Source of the DNA: Candidatus Calditenuaceae archaeon
Lineage (GTDB): Archaea > Thermoproteota > Nitrososphaeria_A > Caldarchaeales > Calditenuaceae
Direction of reading: 5' to 3'
DNA: 64,000 bases
Assembly (NCBI GenBank): GCA_025058225.1
Contig: JANXEE010000017.1
Coordinates: forward strand, 2,084 to 66,083
The notes under the pieces: generated by a model
Databases searched by the model: none
Seen by the model: the letters and a program-made list of their open reading frames with translations, nothing else
Told to the model about the DNA's origin: nothing
Shown here: positions 1 to 8,698 of the stretch, in pieces
Numbering within the stretch: position 1 is the stretch's first letter
Layout of the letters: every line of letters begins with the position of its first letter
Position numbers and translations under genes: made by a program

Positions 1-508
1 CGTGGCGCTGTACGTGAGGAGCGTTGGTCGCTCTCCCTTCGGTAGGGTCCTGAGGGCAATGAGGGACCAGGAACTCGCGGCAGAGGTGCTCGGCAAGGAC
101 ACGGTCTCCTACAAGCGCACGGTCCTCATGATCAGCTCGGCGATTGCCGCGATCGCAGGCGCGCTCTGGGCCTTTTACAGCGGCGGCATCATCGCGACTG
201 CCTTCGACAGGGTCACTTGGACGTTCCTGCCGTGGGTCATGGTGGTACTCGGTGGTGCAGGGAACTACTTGGGCGTCGCCCTCGGGACGGGCGTTTACTG
301 GTCCGCTAGGAAGCTCATCGACCAGTACAAGTTCGTCATAGAGCCCGTGCTGCCGTTCAGCATCATCTGGTTCGACAGGCTGGCGTTCGGTGTGTTGCTG
401 ATCGTGCTGCTGATCGTGAGGCCTCGAGGCCTTATCCCGGAGAAGCCGACCTATGCGCTCAAGAAGTCCACGGTAAGGCGGATCGTAGAGTCGCTCAAAA
501 CTAAGTAG
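1..508 (+). CDS. livM: Branched-chain amino acid ABC transporter permease (LivM-like), 5' truncated by window edge
   Basis: SPFGRVLRAMRDQELAAEVLG and MVVLGGAGN motifs typical of BPD_transp_2 permeases; hydrophobic segments. Confidence 0.9.
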   Translation, partial: VALYVRSVGRSPFGRVLRAMRDQELAAEVLGKDTVSYKRTVLMISSAIAAIAGALWAFYSGGIIATAFDRVTWTFLPWVMVVLGGAGNYLGVALGTGVYWSARKLIDQYKFVIEPVLPFSIIWFDRLAFGVLLIVLLIVRPRGLIPEKPTYALKKSTVRRIVESLKTK

Positions 509-542
509 GTACCGAAAACGAGGGTTACAGGGTTGATGTGAG

Positions 543-1727
543 ATGGCGCGAAGAGTTCAGTACCTCGTGATAGGCGGAGGGTCAACAGGTACCGCAATCG
601 CGCACTACATCTCGCTCCACGAGGGCAGGGCCATCAGGCTCATCGAAAAAGGAAGGGTGGGATGGGGTCAGACCGGATACTCGACGGCCATCATAAGGCT
701 CCACTACAGCAACGAGGTCGTTGCGAGGATGGCCCTCACCAGCTTCAGGGTCTTCGAGCGGTTCGAGGAGCTCGTGGGAGGGGACTGTGGTTTCAGGAGA
801 GTCGGGTTCGTGGTCGCGGTTCCCGAGGACCTCAGGTCAGGCCTCTCGAGAAACGTAGCGATGCTGAGGTCGGTAGGCGTCGAGACTTGGGAGATCGGTC
901 CGGAGGAACTCAAGGACCTCGTTCCGCAGGTCGACGTTAACGGCATAGCGGCCGCCGCCTACGAGCCCAAGTCGGGGTTCGCGGACCCCGTGTCGACAGC
1001 CCAGTCGTTTGCGGAGTCTGCGAGGAGGAATGGTGCTGAGGTCGCGGAGGGCGAGAGCGTCCTGAAGTTGGTCGCGGAGGGCGGAGTTGTCACAAGAGTC
1101 CTCACCAACAGGGACGAGTACCAGCCCGACGTCCTCATCGCGGCGACGGGTGTTTGGACGAACGCGCTGTTCGGTCAAGCTGGAAAGCTTCTCCCCTTGA
1201 AAGTGCTTAGAGAGGAGATCGGCGTCTTCACGAGGCCCGCGGAGTTCACAGGCGATCATCCGGTCTTCGCTGATCTCAGCTCCGACTACTTCTTCTACAT
1301 GCGACCCCATGGAGAGAGGGAGACGTACGTCGGTTCGATCGAGCCTTTCGGTCATCAGGAGTGCCAACCGGATGACGCCGGAGCCACCATCAGCAGGGAG
1401 ACCTTCCTGAGCTATCACGAGAGGGTCTCGAGGAGGTTTCCGGCCTTCCTGAGGTCGCCCTTCTCACCGCGGGGGTGGACGGGGCTCTACGACGTCACGC
1501 CAGACTGGCACCCGATCATCGGCAGGGACACCGAGCTGAAGAACGTCATCTGGGCTGTTGGGTTGAGCGGCCACGGCTTCAAGCTGGCGCCAGCGATCGG
1601 GATGGCTGTGCGAGACATGGCCCTCGGCAGGAAACCGGAGCTTTTCGAGGAAGGTTTCTTCTCGGAGGAGAGGTTCCTGAAGGGGGAGCCCATCACTACG
1701 ACCTACGGGATCGGAGTGGTCTCCTGA
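543..1727 (+). CDS. FAD-dependent oxidoreductase, DAO/sarcosine oxidase beta family
   Basis: N-terminal VIGGGSTG dinucleotide-binding motif; YDVTPDWHPIIG and GLSGHGFKLAP C-terminal motifs. Confidence 0.9.
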   Translation: MARRVQYLVIGGGSTGTAIAHYISLHEGRAIRLIEKGRVGWGQTGYSTAIIRLHYSNEVVARMALTSFRVFERFEELVGGDCGFRRVGFVVAVPEDLRSGLSRNVAMLRSVGVETWEIGPEELKDLVPQVDVNGIAAAAYEPKSGFADPVSTAQSFAESARRNGAEVAEGESVLKLVAEGGVVTRVLTNRDEYQPDVLIAATGVWTNALFGQAGKLLPLKVLREEIGVFTRPAEFTGDHPVFADLSSDYFFYMRPHGERETYVGSIEPFGHQECQPDDAGATISRETFLSYHERVSRRFPAFLRSPFSPRGWTGLYDVTPDWHPIIGRDTELKNVIWAVGLSGHGFKLAPAIGMAVRDMALGRKPELFEEGFFSEERFLKGEPITTTYGIGVVS

Positions 1728-1739
1728 AGGGGTATCACG

Positions 1740-2630
1740 GTGCTCTCTCGCCATCTGGTTCAGGCGGCGCTCGCTGGCGCCTTCTTCGGCACCTCATCGA
1801 TATTCGTGAGGTTGATGCCGAACCTCAGCGCGTCTTCGATCACCTTTTACAGGCTGGGCTTGGCATCGATCTTCCTAGCGGCCGCGATGCTGCTGCTCAG
1901 CGGAGGTCACAGCCGAAGCTTCCGGCATCTGGGCAGGCTCTCGGTCCTGGGGCTCCTGTTGGGGTTACACGTGATTCTCTTCACCGCATCGGTGAAGTCC
2001 ACAACGATCCTCAACGCCGCGACGCTCGTGAACACCACACCTGTGTGGGCCCTCGTGCTCTCTGCCGTCGTCTGGCGTCAGGCTCCCGAGTTGAGGGCGC
2101 TGGTGGGTACGGTGGTCGCCTTCATCGGGGTGGCAGCGATAACAGCTTTTCAGTACGCCTACTCGCCTGAGTATCTGGTTGGAGACCTGATGGCGGTCGC
2201 CTCGGCCTGGATGTGGGCCTTCTACCTCAGTCTTGCCAGGCCCCTAAGACAGCTCTCCGACCCCCTGCTCCTCATGCCCTTCATCTATGGCGTCGCCTCT
2301 CTGACGGCTCTGGTCGGCTCGGTCCTCGTCGGCGACCCCGTAAGGGCCCCAGTTGCGGAGGAGGTGCCGGCGCTACTGGGTCAGGCGCTCGTCCCGACGG
2401 CTCTGGGTCACACGCTTCAGCTCTCGTCCCTGAAGTCCCTCACGCCCCATCAGGCAGCCACCTTTGCCCTGTTGGAACCGGTCGTAGCGACGGCGCTCGG
2501 TGTAGCGGTCTTCTCGGAGGTACCTAGGCTGGAGTTCTTCGCAGGCGCAGCTCTGGTCTGCACTGGTATTTATATAGTAGCTGGAAGACGAGTTCCTCCT
2601 GAAAATCGTCAACGATTCAATTTTTATTAA
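1740..2630 (+). CDS. DMT/EamA family transporter
   Basis: About 10 hydrophobic helices in two repeats; ALLEPVVATALG motif. Confidence 0.88.
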   Translation: MLSRHLVQAALAGAFFGTSSIFVRLMPNLSASSITFYRLGLASIFLAAAMLLLSGGHSRSFRHLGRLSVLGLLLGLHVILFTASVKSTTILNAATLVNTTPVWALVLSAVVWRQAPELRALVGTVVAFIGVAAITAFQYAYSPEYLVGDLMAVASAWMWAFYLSLARPLRQLSDPLLLMPFIYGVASLTALVGSVLVGDPVRAPVAEEVPALLGQALVPTALGHTLQLSSLKSLTPHQAATFALLEPVVATALGVAVFSEVPRLEFFAGAALVCTGIYIVAGRRVPPENRQRFNFY

Positions 2631-2663
2631 AGTAGTTTATAATTCTTTATACGGTAACAAATC

Positions 2664-2924
2664 ATGAGCGCGGAGCAGGTGCTCGAGATAGTCCAGCTGG
2701 ACAGGTCGGTGAGGAAGTACTGGAGGATAAAGGTGCCGAAGAAGATCGCCTCGGGCGCGACGGAGGCCGTCTTCGATGTGGCCGGAGAGCGGTGGGGCGT
2801 CCCCCTGGACAAGTACGGTCGAGTTTACGTGCCGACGGTCCTCAGGAAGGACGTCGAAAAGTCCAAGTCAATCGTGATCAGAAGAGAGGGCAAGGTGTTG
2901 GTCCTCAAGCCCAGGCCCTTCTGA
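2664..2924 (+). CDS. Small AbrB/MraZ-like swapped-hairpin DNA-binding protein
   Basis: LDKYGRVYVPTVLRK matches the AbrB/MraZ D-x-x-G-R-x-x-x-P pattern; AT-rich region with TTTATA elements just upstream. Confidence 0.55.
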   Translation: MSAEQVLEIVQLDRSVRKYWRIKVPKKIASGATEAVFDVAGERWGVPLDKYGRVYVPTVLRKDVEKSKSIVIRREGKVLVLKPRPF

Positions 2925-2929
2925 TCCGC

Positions 2930-3133
2930 TCAGCGAAGGATCTTGCCCGTGACGAAGAGCGCTATGACGAGTCCCTGCCACAGCAGCGTCACCGCGAGCC
3001 AGACCAGCACCCACGTCCTGCCGATGCCGTCGGAGAGGTTGTGGAGAAGCACTAGGGCTATCACCGGGACCGAGATCATGACGGCAAGCTCGGTCGCCTT
3101 GACGAAAACGTGGGTGCCGTCCATGACGTTCAC
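2930..3133 (-). CDS. Small two-helix membrane protein, unknown function
   Basis: 67-aa ORF with two hydrophobic segments, tightly packed in a minus-strand run. Confidence 0.6.
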   Translation of the reverse strand: MNVMDGTHVFVKATELAVMISVPVIALVLLHNLSDGIGRTWVLVWLAVTLLWQGLVIALFVTGKILR

Positions 3134-3143
3134 TGGGAGGCGA

Positions 3144-3389
3144 TCAAAAGGCCTTCATCCTTACCTCTCTCAAGTCCTCCTTGTGGGCCCTCCTCAACGT
3201 CTCCATCTGTCCCTTGACCCTACTCATCTCCTCGCGCAACTCATCTAGCGTCTCCCTGGACTTGGAGAGCTTTTCCTTCAGCTCGGCCCTAGTCCTCCTC
3301 GAGAGCTCGACCATCTCCTCGATCTCCTTCGGCCTCGTAGACTTGCTCCGGAACCCACGAACCCTGAGCTTTGCCTCGACCGGCATCAA
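3144..3389 (-). CDS. Small coiled-coil hypothetical protein
   Basis: E/K/R-rich heptad pattern; packed between neighbouring minus-strand genes. Confidence 0.6.
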   Translation of the reverse strand: MMPVEAKLRVRGFRSKSTRPKEIEEMVELSRRTRAELKEKLSKSRETLDELREEMSRVKGQMETLRRAHKEDLREVRMKAF

Positions 3390-3399
3390 GTCTTTCCAC

Positions 3400-3576
3400 C
3401 TAGACCGGAAAGAACCTGGTCAGCAGAACGACCGCAGCTATCAGGAGCACACCCGCGATCAGCGCGACCTCGGGCCTCACCTTGATTCCTTTACCTTCTT
3501 CCTCGAAGAACCTGAGGAGACCCGCACCGGTGGCCGGCATCGGAGCCTCCCTACGCCTCCTGCGCGACGCTGACAT
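3400..3576 (-). CDS. secG: Preprotein translocase subunit Sec61beta (archaeal SecG), 58 aa; not in the ORF track
   Basis: Manual translation MSASRRRRREAPMPATGAGLLRFFEEEGKGIKVRPEVALIAGVLLIAAVVLLTRFFPV; GAGLLRFF-E...IKV-P followed by one C-terminal TM is the archaeal Sec61beta signature. Confidence 0.92.
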   Translation of the reverse strand: MSASRRRRREAPMPATGAGLLRFFEEEGKGIKVRPEVALIAGVLLIAAVVLLTRFFPV

Positions 3577-3602
3577 CGAACTCTGTATCTCCCAGCGACC
3601 AT

Positions 3603-4382
3603 TTATGTGCTACGGGCTTTTGCCCTGAGGGGCCTTCCTCTCCTCTTCTGGTTCTTCTCCTCCCGAAACCAGAAGGGTGGTTCAGTTAGCGTGACGACCC
3701 TCCCGTAGAAGAACTTCATGTCTGAGACGTGCTCCGTGAACTCGGTCCTCTCTCCCTCATCGGACGCGATGTACCTCAGGAAACCTGCCTCCGGCGGTCT
3801 GGGGTGTTCGACGTAGGCGAAGACGGGCAGCGCGTTGGCCTCGTAGTAGTCGTAGAAGGGCAGGAGGAACCCGTAAACACATGAGCCGTTGGCCTCGAAG
3901 TTGAGGATCGGTGGCTGGTGGCTGTCGTAGGAGGCGACCATCAAGAGTCTCATCAGCGAGGGTAGGTTTGTCACCCTGGTCAGTACGGGTAGGTCGAGAG
4001 GAGGGCTCTTACTCCCCTCCAACGCCTCGACGAGCATCCGGGGTGGCTCGGTGACGTCCACGATCGGTGCGTAAAGGTACTTCGGGTCGTCGTTGGAGTC
4101 GGAGAGCTTCAGCTCCTCCCTGTCGATGTTCCTGTAGGCGACGTATGAGCCCCTCCCGAGTTCATCCTGCGTCCGGGCATAGAAGAAGAACGGAAGGCTG
4201 TTCTTCCAATAGGGGACCGAGAAGAGCGTCCCTATGACCGGCCCTTCGGACGACTCGATGCGCCAGAACAGCGTCTGTGTCTCGGGGCTGAAGAGCGCCA
4301 GCCTCGCCAGGTTCAGCAGGTCAACGACCCTCATCGTCACCGGAGGCTTCAACTTCAACCCGTTGTTCAGCACCCCCATCAT
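3603..4382 (-). CDS. Hypothetical protein with two tandem copies of a ~125-aa domain (start likely ATG 4382; ORF track extends to 4472)
   Basis: Repeated V-x-(D/N)L-x-x-L-x-RL, LP-x-F-x-Y and EPP motifs in both halves; CTTATAAG at 4401-4408 upstream. Confidence 0.7.
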   Translation of the reverse strand: MMGVLNNGLKLKPPVTMRVVDLLNLARLALFSPETQTLFWRIESSEGPVIGTLFSVPYWKNSLPFFFYARTQDELGRGSYVAYRNIDREELKLSDSNDDPKYLYAPIVDVTEPPRMLVEALEGSKSPPLDLPVLTRVTNLPSLMRLLMVASYDSHQPPILNFEANGSCVYGFLLPFYDYYEANALPVFAYVEHPRPPEAGFLRYIASDEGERTEFTEHVSDMKFFYGRVVTLTEPPFWFREEKNQKRRGRPLRAKARST

Positions 4383-4519
4383 CCCGACGTCCGCGCTCTG
4401 CTTATAAGCTTCCCTTCTGAGCGACATCGAGGCGGCCTTCTCAGCCCTGAAGTTTATGAGGGCTCCCTCCACAGGAAGTCATAATTCCGAGGGATTGTCC
4501 CGAAGAGTTCTCGGGCCAC

Positions 4520-5983
4520 CTAGCCCCTCAATCGGACGAACTGTATCGCCTCCTGTGCTGCACCGAGGAAGGGAGCGGGGAGGATGCCGATGATGATCGC
4601 GGCCGCGGTGAGCGCGATCAGCGCCAGAAGCATCGGGAACGCCGCCTCCCTAACGGCTGTTCGTCCGTTGGAAGGACTCTTCAGGAAGAGCGTCTGCACG
4701 ACCCTCATGTGGTACATTGCCCCTATCAGGACGTTCACTATCATCACTATCGCGAACGGCCAGAACGGCGACTGGAACGCCGCGGCTATTATGACGTACT
4801 CGCTGACGAACGCGTTGAGACCCGGCATTCCTGCTAAGCTGAGGGCCCCGACCGTGTAGGTCACGCCGCTGAGTGGCATAAGTTTGCCCGCGCCAGCCAG
4901 CTCGTCCAAGTTCCTGGTGTGGAACGTGTGGATGAAGGAGCCGGCCGCGAGGAAGAGCAGGGCCTTGGCAACCGCGTGGTTGAGAAGATGCAGTAGCGCC
5001 CCCACCGCGCCCAGCTCGTTACCGATGGACATGCCGAAGGCGATGTAGCCGATGTTGGCGATGCTGCTGAAGGCCAACAGCCTCTTGATGTCCTCCTGGA
5101 GGGCAGCCATCAGGTTGCCGACGCTCATCGTCACCAGCGACAACAACAAGACCCCCAACTGCCATCCATATGCCTCGGTCGGGAAGATGTTCAGCAGCAG
5201 CCGCAGCATCGCGTAGACTCCGGTCTTTATCACGACGCCCGACAGGAGGGCGCTCACTGGAGAAGGTGCAGCAGGGTGGGCATCTGGTAGCCAGAAGTGG
5301 AACGGCGCCAGAGCGACGTTGACGCCGAGACCTGCCAGCACCAGCGCGACCGAGATGATCGTCCAGGTCTCGGAGACGATCGGCCCCGACGTGAGGGCTG
5401 ACCGGAGCCCCGTGAAGGTGAGCTCACCCGTGAGGCCGTAGAGGAGAGAGATGCCGAAGAGGAGCGCCGCCGAGCCGGTCGAGCTCATGATGAGGTACTT
5501 CAGCGATGCTTCGACGGCCTCCCATTCCCTGTAGTTGAACGCGACCAACAGGTAGGACGCGACGCTCATCACCTCCCAGAAGACGAAGAACGCTATCACG
5601 TCGCCCGCGTAGAAGACTCCCAGCATCCCCATCGCGAGCAGGAGGACGAGTGTGTAGAACTCTGTGTGTCTCTCCCTCACGTAGCTGACCGCATAGATCG
5701 TCGCCAGCAGGGAGATCCCCAAGACCACCAGCGAAACGAAGTTCGAGAACCTGTCGAGGACGATGATCGATGTATCAGGAGGCTGTGCGACGCTAATGCT
5801 CGCGGTGAGGCCTACGCTGAACTGGGCGAAGGTGATGTAGAAGGACGCGGCGAACGCAACGGACGACGCCACACACCCTCCGACCCTAGCCCCTTCCTTA
5901 CCGATGGCAGCACCGATGATCGGCACGATGAAGGCAGCGTACAGCAGCACCTCAATCTGGTCGGGGAGCGGTAGGAGCCACAT
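4520..5983 (-). CDS. Proton-translocating membrane subunit, MrpD/NuoN/MbhH family (Proton_antipo_M)
   Basis: FFVFWEVMS, EASLKYLI, PFHFWLPDAHPAAPSPVSALLSG, DIKRLLAFSS and HAVAKALLFL motifs. Confidence 0.92.
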   Translation of the reverse strand: MWLLPLPDQIEVLLYAAFIVPIIGAAIGKEGARVGGCVASSVAFAASFYITFAQFSVGLTASISVAQPPDTSIIVLDRFSNFVSLVVLGISLLATIYAVSYVRERHTEFYTLVLLLAMGMLGVFYAGDVIAFFVFWEVMSVASYLLVAFNYREWEAVEASLKYLIMSSTGSAALLFGISLLYGLTGELTFTGLRSALTSGPIVSETWTIISVALVLAGLGVNVALAPFHFWLPDAHPAAPSPVSALLSGVVIKTGVYAMLRLLLNIFPTEAYGWQLGVLLLSLVTMSVGNLMAALQEDIKRLLAFSSIANIGYIAFGMSIGNELGAVGALLHLLNHAVAKALLFLAAGSFIHTFHTRNLDELAGAGKLMPLSGVTYTVGALSLAGMPGLNAFVSEYVIIAAAFQSPFWPFAIVMIVNVLIGAMYHMRVVQTLFLKSPSNGRTAVREAAFPMLLALIALTAAAIIIGILPAPFLGAAQEAIQFVRLRG

Positions 5984-6010
5984 TTTCTACGCCACACGAT
6001 CCGGGTTCTC

Positions 6011-6016
6011 TATAAA
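6011..6016 (-). promoter_or_regulatory. Putative TATA box (TTTATA) for the MrpD/NuoN-like gene
   Basis: TTTATA on the minus strand 28-33 nt upstream of ATG 5983. Confidence 0.55.
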
Positions 6017-6100
6017 GCAATATCTCGACCCTTGTGCGGTCACGGAGCGCCGAGTTCCGAAGCCCCTAAAATGTGCGGTGAGGGTTTCACTTGAGGCGAT

Positions 6101-7114
6101 TTGCTGGCGCGAGCTATCCACGCCGCCCTGTCGCTGATGCCGCCGGAGTTCTCCCACCAACTGGGACTGAAACTCCTTCGGGCGGCCCGTCCAGTTCGAG
6201 TCGCGGACGGGAGGCTTCGCGTCAGGACTAGGTTCGGTGAGCTCTCGAACCCCATCGGGTTGGCCGCGGGGTTCGATAAGACCGGCGCTCACCTCACTGG
6301 TCTGGCGAAAATGGGGTTCGGATACTTAGTAGCAGGGACCTTCACGAGGGAGCCCAGGGAGGGTAACCGAAAACCCAGGCTTGTGAGGCTGAGGGATGAG
6401 AGGGCGCTCCTGAACGCAATGGGTTTCCCGAATCCCGGCATCGAGGTGGGGCTGCGTAACCTCAGGAAATCCGGGCGTTCGCTGCCACCGGTCGTCGTGA
6501 GCGTGAGCGGTCTGAAGCTTGAGGACATCGTCTACTGCTACTCTAGGTCACAGGAGCTGGCGAGTGCGATCGAGGTCAACGTCTCCTCTCCCAATACCCC
6601 CGCCCTCAGGGAATACCTGAAAGGCAGTGCATTTAAGGACCTCTGCCACGCCGTTGCGTCCGTCAAGAAGAGGCCGACGTACCTCAAGGTTCCTCCACCG
6701 ACGCAGGAGGTCTGGGACACTGTTCTGTCGGCGCTGAAGGTCTGGGTCGACGCGGGGTTCGAGGGCGTTACTGCGATCAACACGCTGATGGTCCGGGACG
6801 GAAGACTCTCGACGGGGTTCGGCGGTCTGAGCGGCAGGCCGCTGCTGGAACTCTCGATGAGGGCGGTCTCGAGCGTTCATGGCGAGTTCGGTGACCACCT
6901 CGAGGTGAACGCGGTTGGTGGCGTTATGACCGGTAGGGACGTCCTCGAGTTGATGCTCAGGGGGGCGAGAACGGTGCAGGTTTACACAGCATTGGTCTAC
7001 AGGGGGCCTTACGCGGTCCAAGAATTGACCAGGGAGCTGGTCGACGAGATGAACAGGGCGGGTTACCGTAATCTGGAGGAGCTGCCGAGCTTCAGAGCAT
7101 TTGGCCATACATAA
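6101..7114 (+). CDS. pyrD: Dihydroorotate dehydrogenase (class 2, quinone-type)
   Basis: NPIGLAAGFDK, NAMGFPNPG, NVSSPNTP and GGLSG motifs. Confidence 0.93.
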   Translation: MLARAIHAALSLMPPEFSHQLGLKLLRAARPVRVADGRLRVRTRFGELSNPIGLAAGFDKTGAHLTGLAKMGFGYLVAGTFTREPREGNRKPRLVRLRDERALLNAMGFPNPGIEVGLRNLRKSGRSLPPVVVSVSGLKLEDIVYCYSRSQELASAIEVNVSSPNTPALREYLKGSAFKDLCHAVASVKKRPTYLKVPPPTQEVWDTVLSALKVWVDAGFEGVTAINTLMVRDGRLSTGFGGLSGRPLLELSMRAVSSVHGEFGDHLEVNAVGGVMTGRDVLELMLRGARTVQVYTALVYRGPYAVQELTRELVDEMNRAGYRNLEELPSFRAFGHT

Positions 7115-7170
7115 GCGTGGCTGTGCTCAACACAAACTTTTTTAGCGATTAAATTTGCAGAAGTACCAGG

Positions 7171-8091
7171 TTGAGTCTGTTAGGGGGAGGGAGAAGGGCT
7201 CCCGAGGAGTTGGCGGAGCTCAGGGCGATGATACAGGAGCTTCAGAACAGGGTCGTCGAGTTAAGGTCAGAGCTCTCCGGTTTGAGGGAGCAGCTGGAGT
7301 TTTCCCTCCGAAAGGACGAAAACCAGCTCATCGCCCTTCAGGAGAGATTGACAGAGTCCGCGGTGAACGAGTTGGGCTCTCTCAAAGAGGAGCTCAATCA
7401 GGTGTTCAGATTGGAGGCGGGCGTAATAGTTCTGAACCTGGAGAAGATCGTCGATGAGCTCAGGAATAACCTCCTCTTGGTGAAGAGGGTGCAGGAGTAT
7501 CAGGACAGAATGGAGGAGTACTTGAAGATGCAGCTCAGCAGCGCCGACGAGCTGGAGAGGGCCAAGAAGCTATTGGAGGAGGAGAGGGAGGCCCTGAAGG
7601 CCGAGCTTGCGAAGCTTTCAGCCCTTCGTGAGGCCACCATGAGGGCGCGGGAGGAACTCGAGGAGCGTGAGCGGAGGATAGGAGACTACGTGACCCGGAT
7701 CACCGAGCTCGAGGAGAGGAAGTCGGATCTGGAGAGGAAGGTCAGGGAGCTGGAGGAGAGGTACATGAAGCTTCTGGAGGAGACGTCGTCCAGAGTGGAG
7801 AGGGCGTTCGTGGAACTGGACAGGCGCTTCAGGGTGAGGGAGGCCAGGCTTCAGAGGCTCTCCAGACTCGAGGAGGCCAAGAGGGAGGAGCTGGCCAGGC
7901 TGGAGGTTGAGCGCTCCGTCCTCAGGTCATACAACGAACAGTTCTCCAGGCTCGTGGAGGAGATCAAGCGGCTCGAGGCCAGAAGGGAGGCTCTGGAGTC
8001 CGAGGTCAAGAGGCTCGAGGCGAACAGGAAGTATCTCCTCGAAACTGGTGAGTCGGGGTTCGAGGAGGACCTGCTGAGGGGTAACGGTTAG
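7171..8091 (+). CDS. Long coiled-coil hypothetical protein
   Basis: About 290 aa of continuous E/R/L-rich heptads with no recognisable globular domain. Confidence 0.8.
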   Translation: MSLLGGGRRAPEELAELRAMIQELQNRVVELRSELSGLREQLEFSLRKDENQLIALQERLTESAVNELGSLKEELNQVFRLEAGVIVLNLEKIVDELRNNLLLVKRVQEYQDRMEEYLKMQLSSADELERAKKLLEEEREALKAELAKLSALREATMRAREELEERERRIGDYVTRITELEERKSDLERKVRELEERYMKLLEETSSRVERAFVELDRRFRVREARLQRLSRLEEAKREELARLEVERSVLRSYNEQFSRLVEEIKRLEARREALESEVKRLEANRKYLLETGESGFEEDLLRGNG

Positions 8092-8483
8092 CCTAGCTTC
8101 TTCATGATCCTCTCCAGGAGGTCCACCGCGTACGCCAACACTTCAAGCTCCTCGGTGAGTTCGGATAGGGTCTCCTCGATCCTTCTCACCCTCTCATCGA
8201 GGGTACGTATCTCGGCTAGAATGGCCGACTTGAAGTCCTCGTCGAGGCTCCCGGCGTACCGTGCTACCGAGGTCACTTTAGACTCGAGCTGACCAACGCG
8301 ACCCTCGACGTCGTTCAGCCGCTGCTCGTGTTGATCCAGATACTTCTCCACCTCACCGAAGTAAGCGTAGTGCTCGTTCAGCGCCCTAACGACGCCCTTC
8401 AGCGTCGGAACGCTGCCGTGAGGCGTCTCGATGTAGTCGATCTTGATCTCCTCTTCCTTGCTCGAGTCTGATGCTTCGCTCAT
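8088..8483 (-). CDS. Coiled-coil hypothetical protein
   Basis: 131-aa ORF with heptad repeats after a short N-terminal domain; its stop overlaps the stop of the convergent gene. Confidence 0.75.
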   Translation of the reverse strand: MSEASDSSKEEEIKIDYIETPHGSVPTLKGVVRALNEHYAYFGEVEKYLDQHEQRLNDVEGRVGQLESKVTSVARYAGSLDEDFKSAILAEIRTLDERVRRIEETLSELTEELEVLAYAVDLLERIMKKLG

Positions 8484-8494
8484 CCCGCGCTCTG

Positions 8495-8561
8495 ATCCCG
8501 TCGGCCGTAATTAAGGACTCCCGCGCCTGACGCGGTGGCCGATGCTCATCCCGTCGGCCGT
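8495..8561. repeat. 14-bp direct repeat ATCCCGTCGGCCGT (8495-8508 and 8548-8561)
   Basis: Exact match read from the sequence. Confidence 0.8.
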
Positions 8562-8698
8562 TTGGACCGGTCGCTCCGCGTCTCCGAGGCGCTTGAGGCC
8601 ATGTTTACCCCGCTGCCTCCGTGCCCCTCGCGAAGATCCCCCAGGAAGGCTCAGAGCGCCGTATTTCTCGGGTCTCAGTTAAGTATCAGTGGTGATAC

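Noticed and set aside
3181..3573. 130-aa plus-strand ORF
   Set aside because: It is antisense to the Sec61beta gene and the coiled-coil ORF, which have much better support
7171..8091. SMC/Rad50 or ESCRT/Cdv assignment for the coiled-coil protein
   Set aside because: No Walker motifs, hinge, zinc hook or other diagnostic domain is visible
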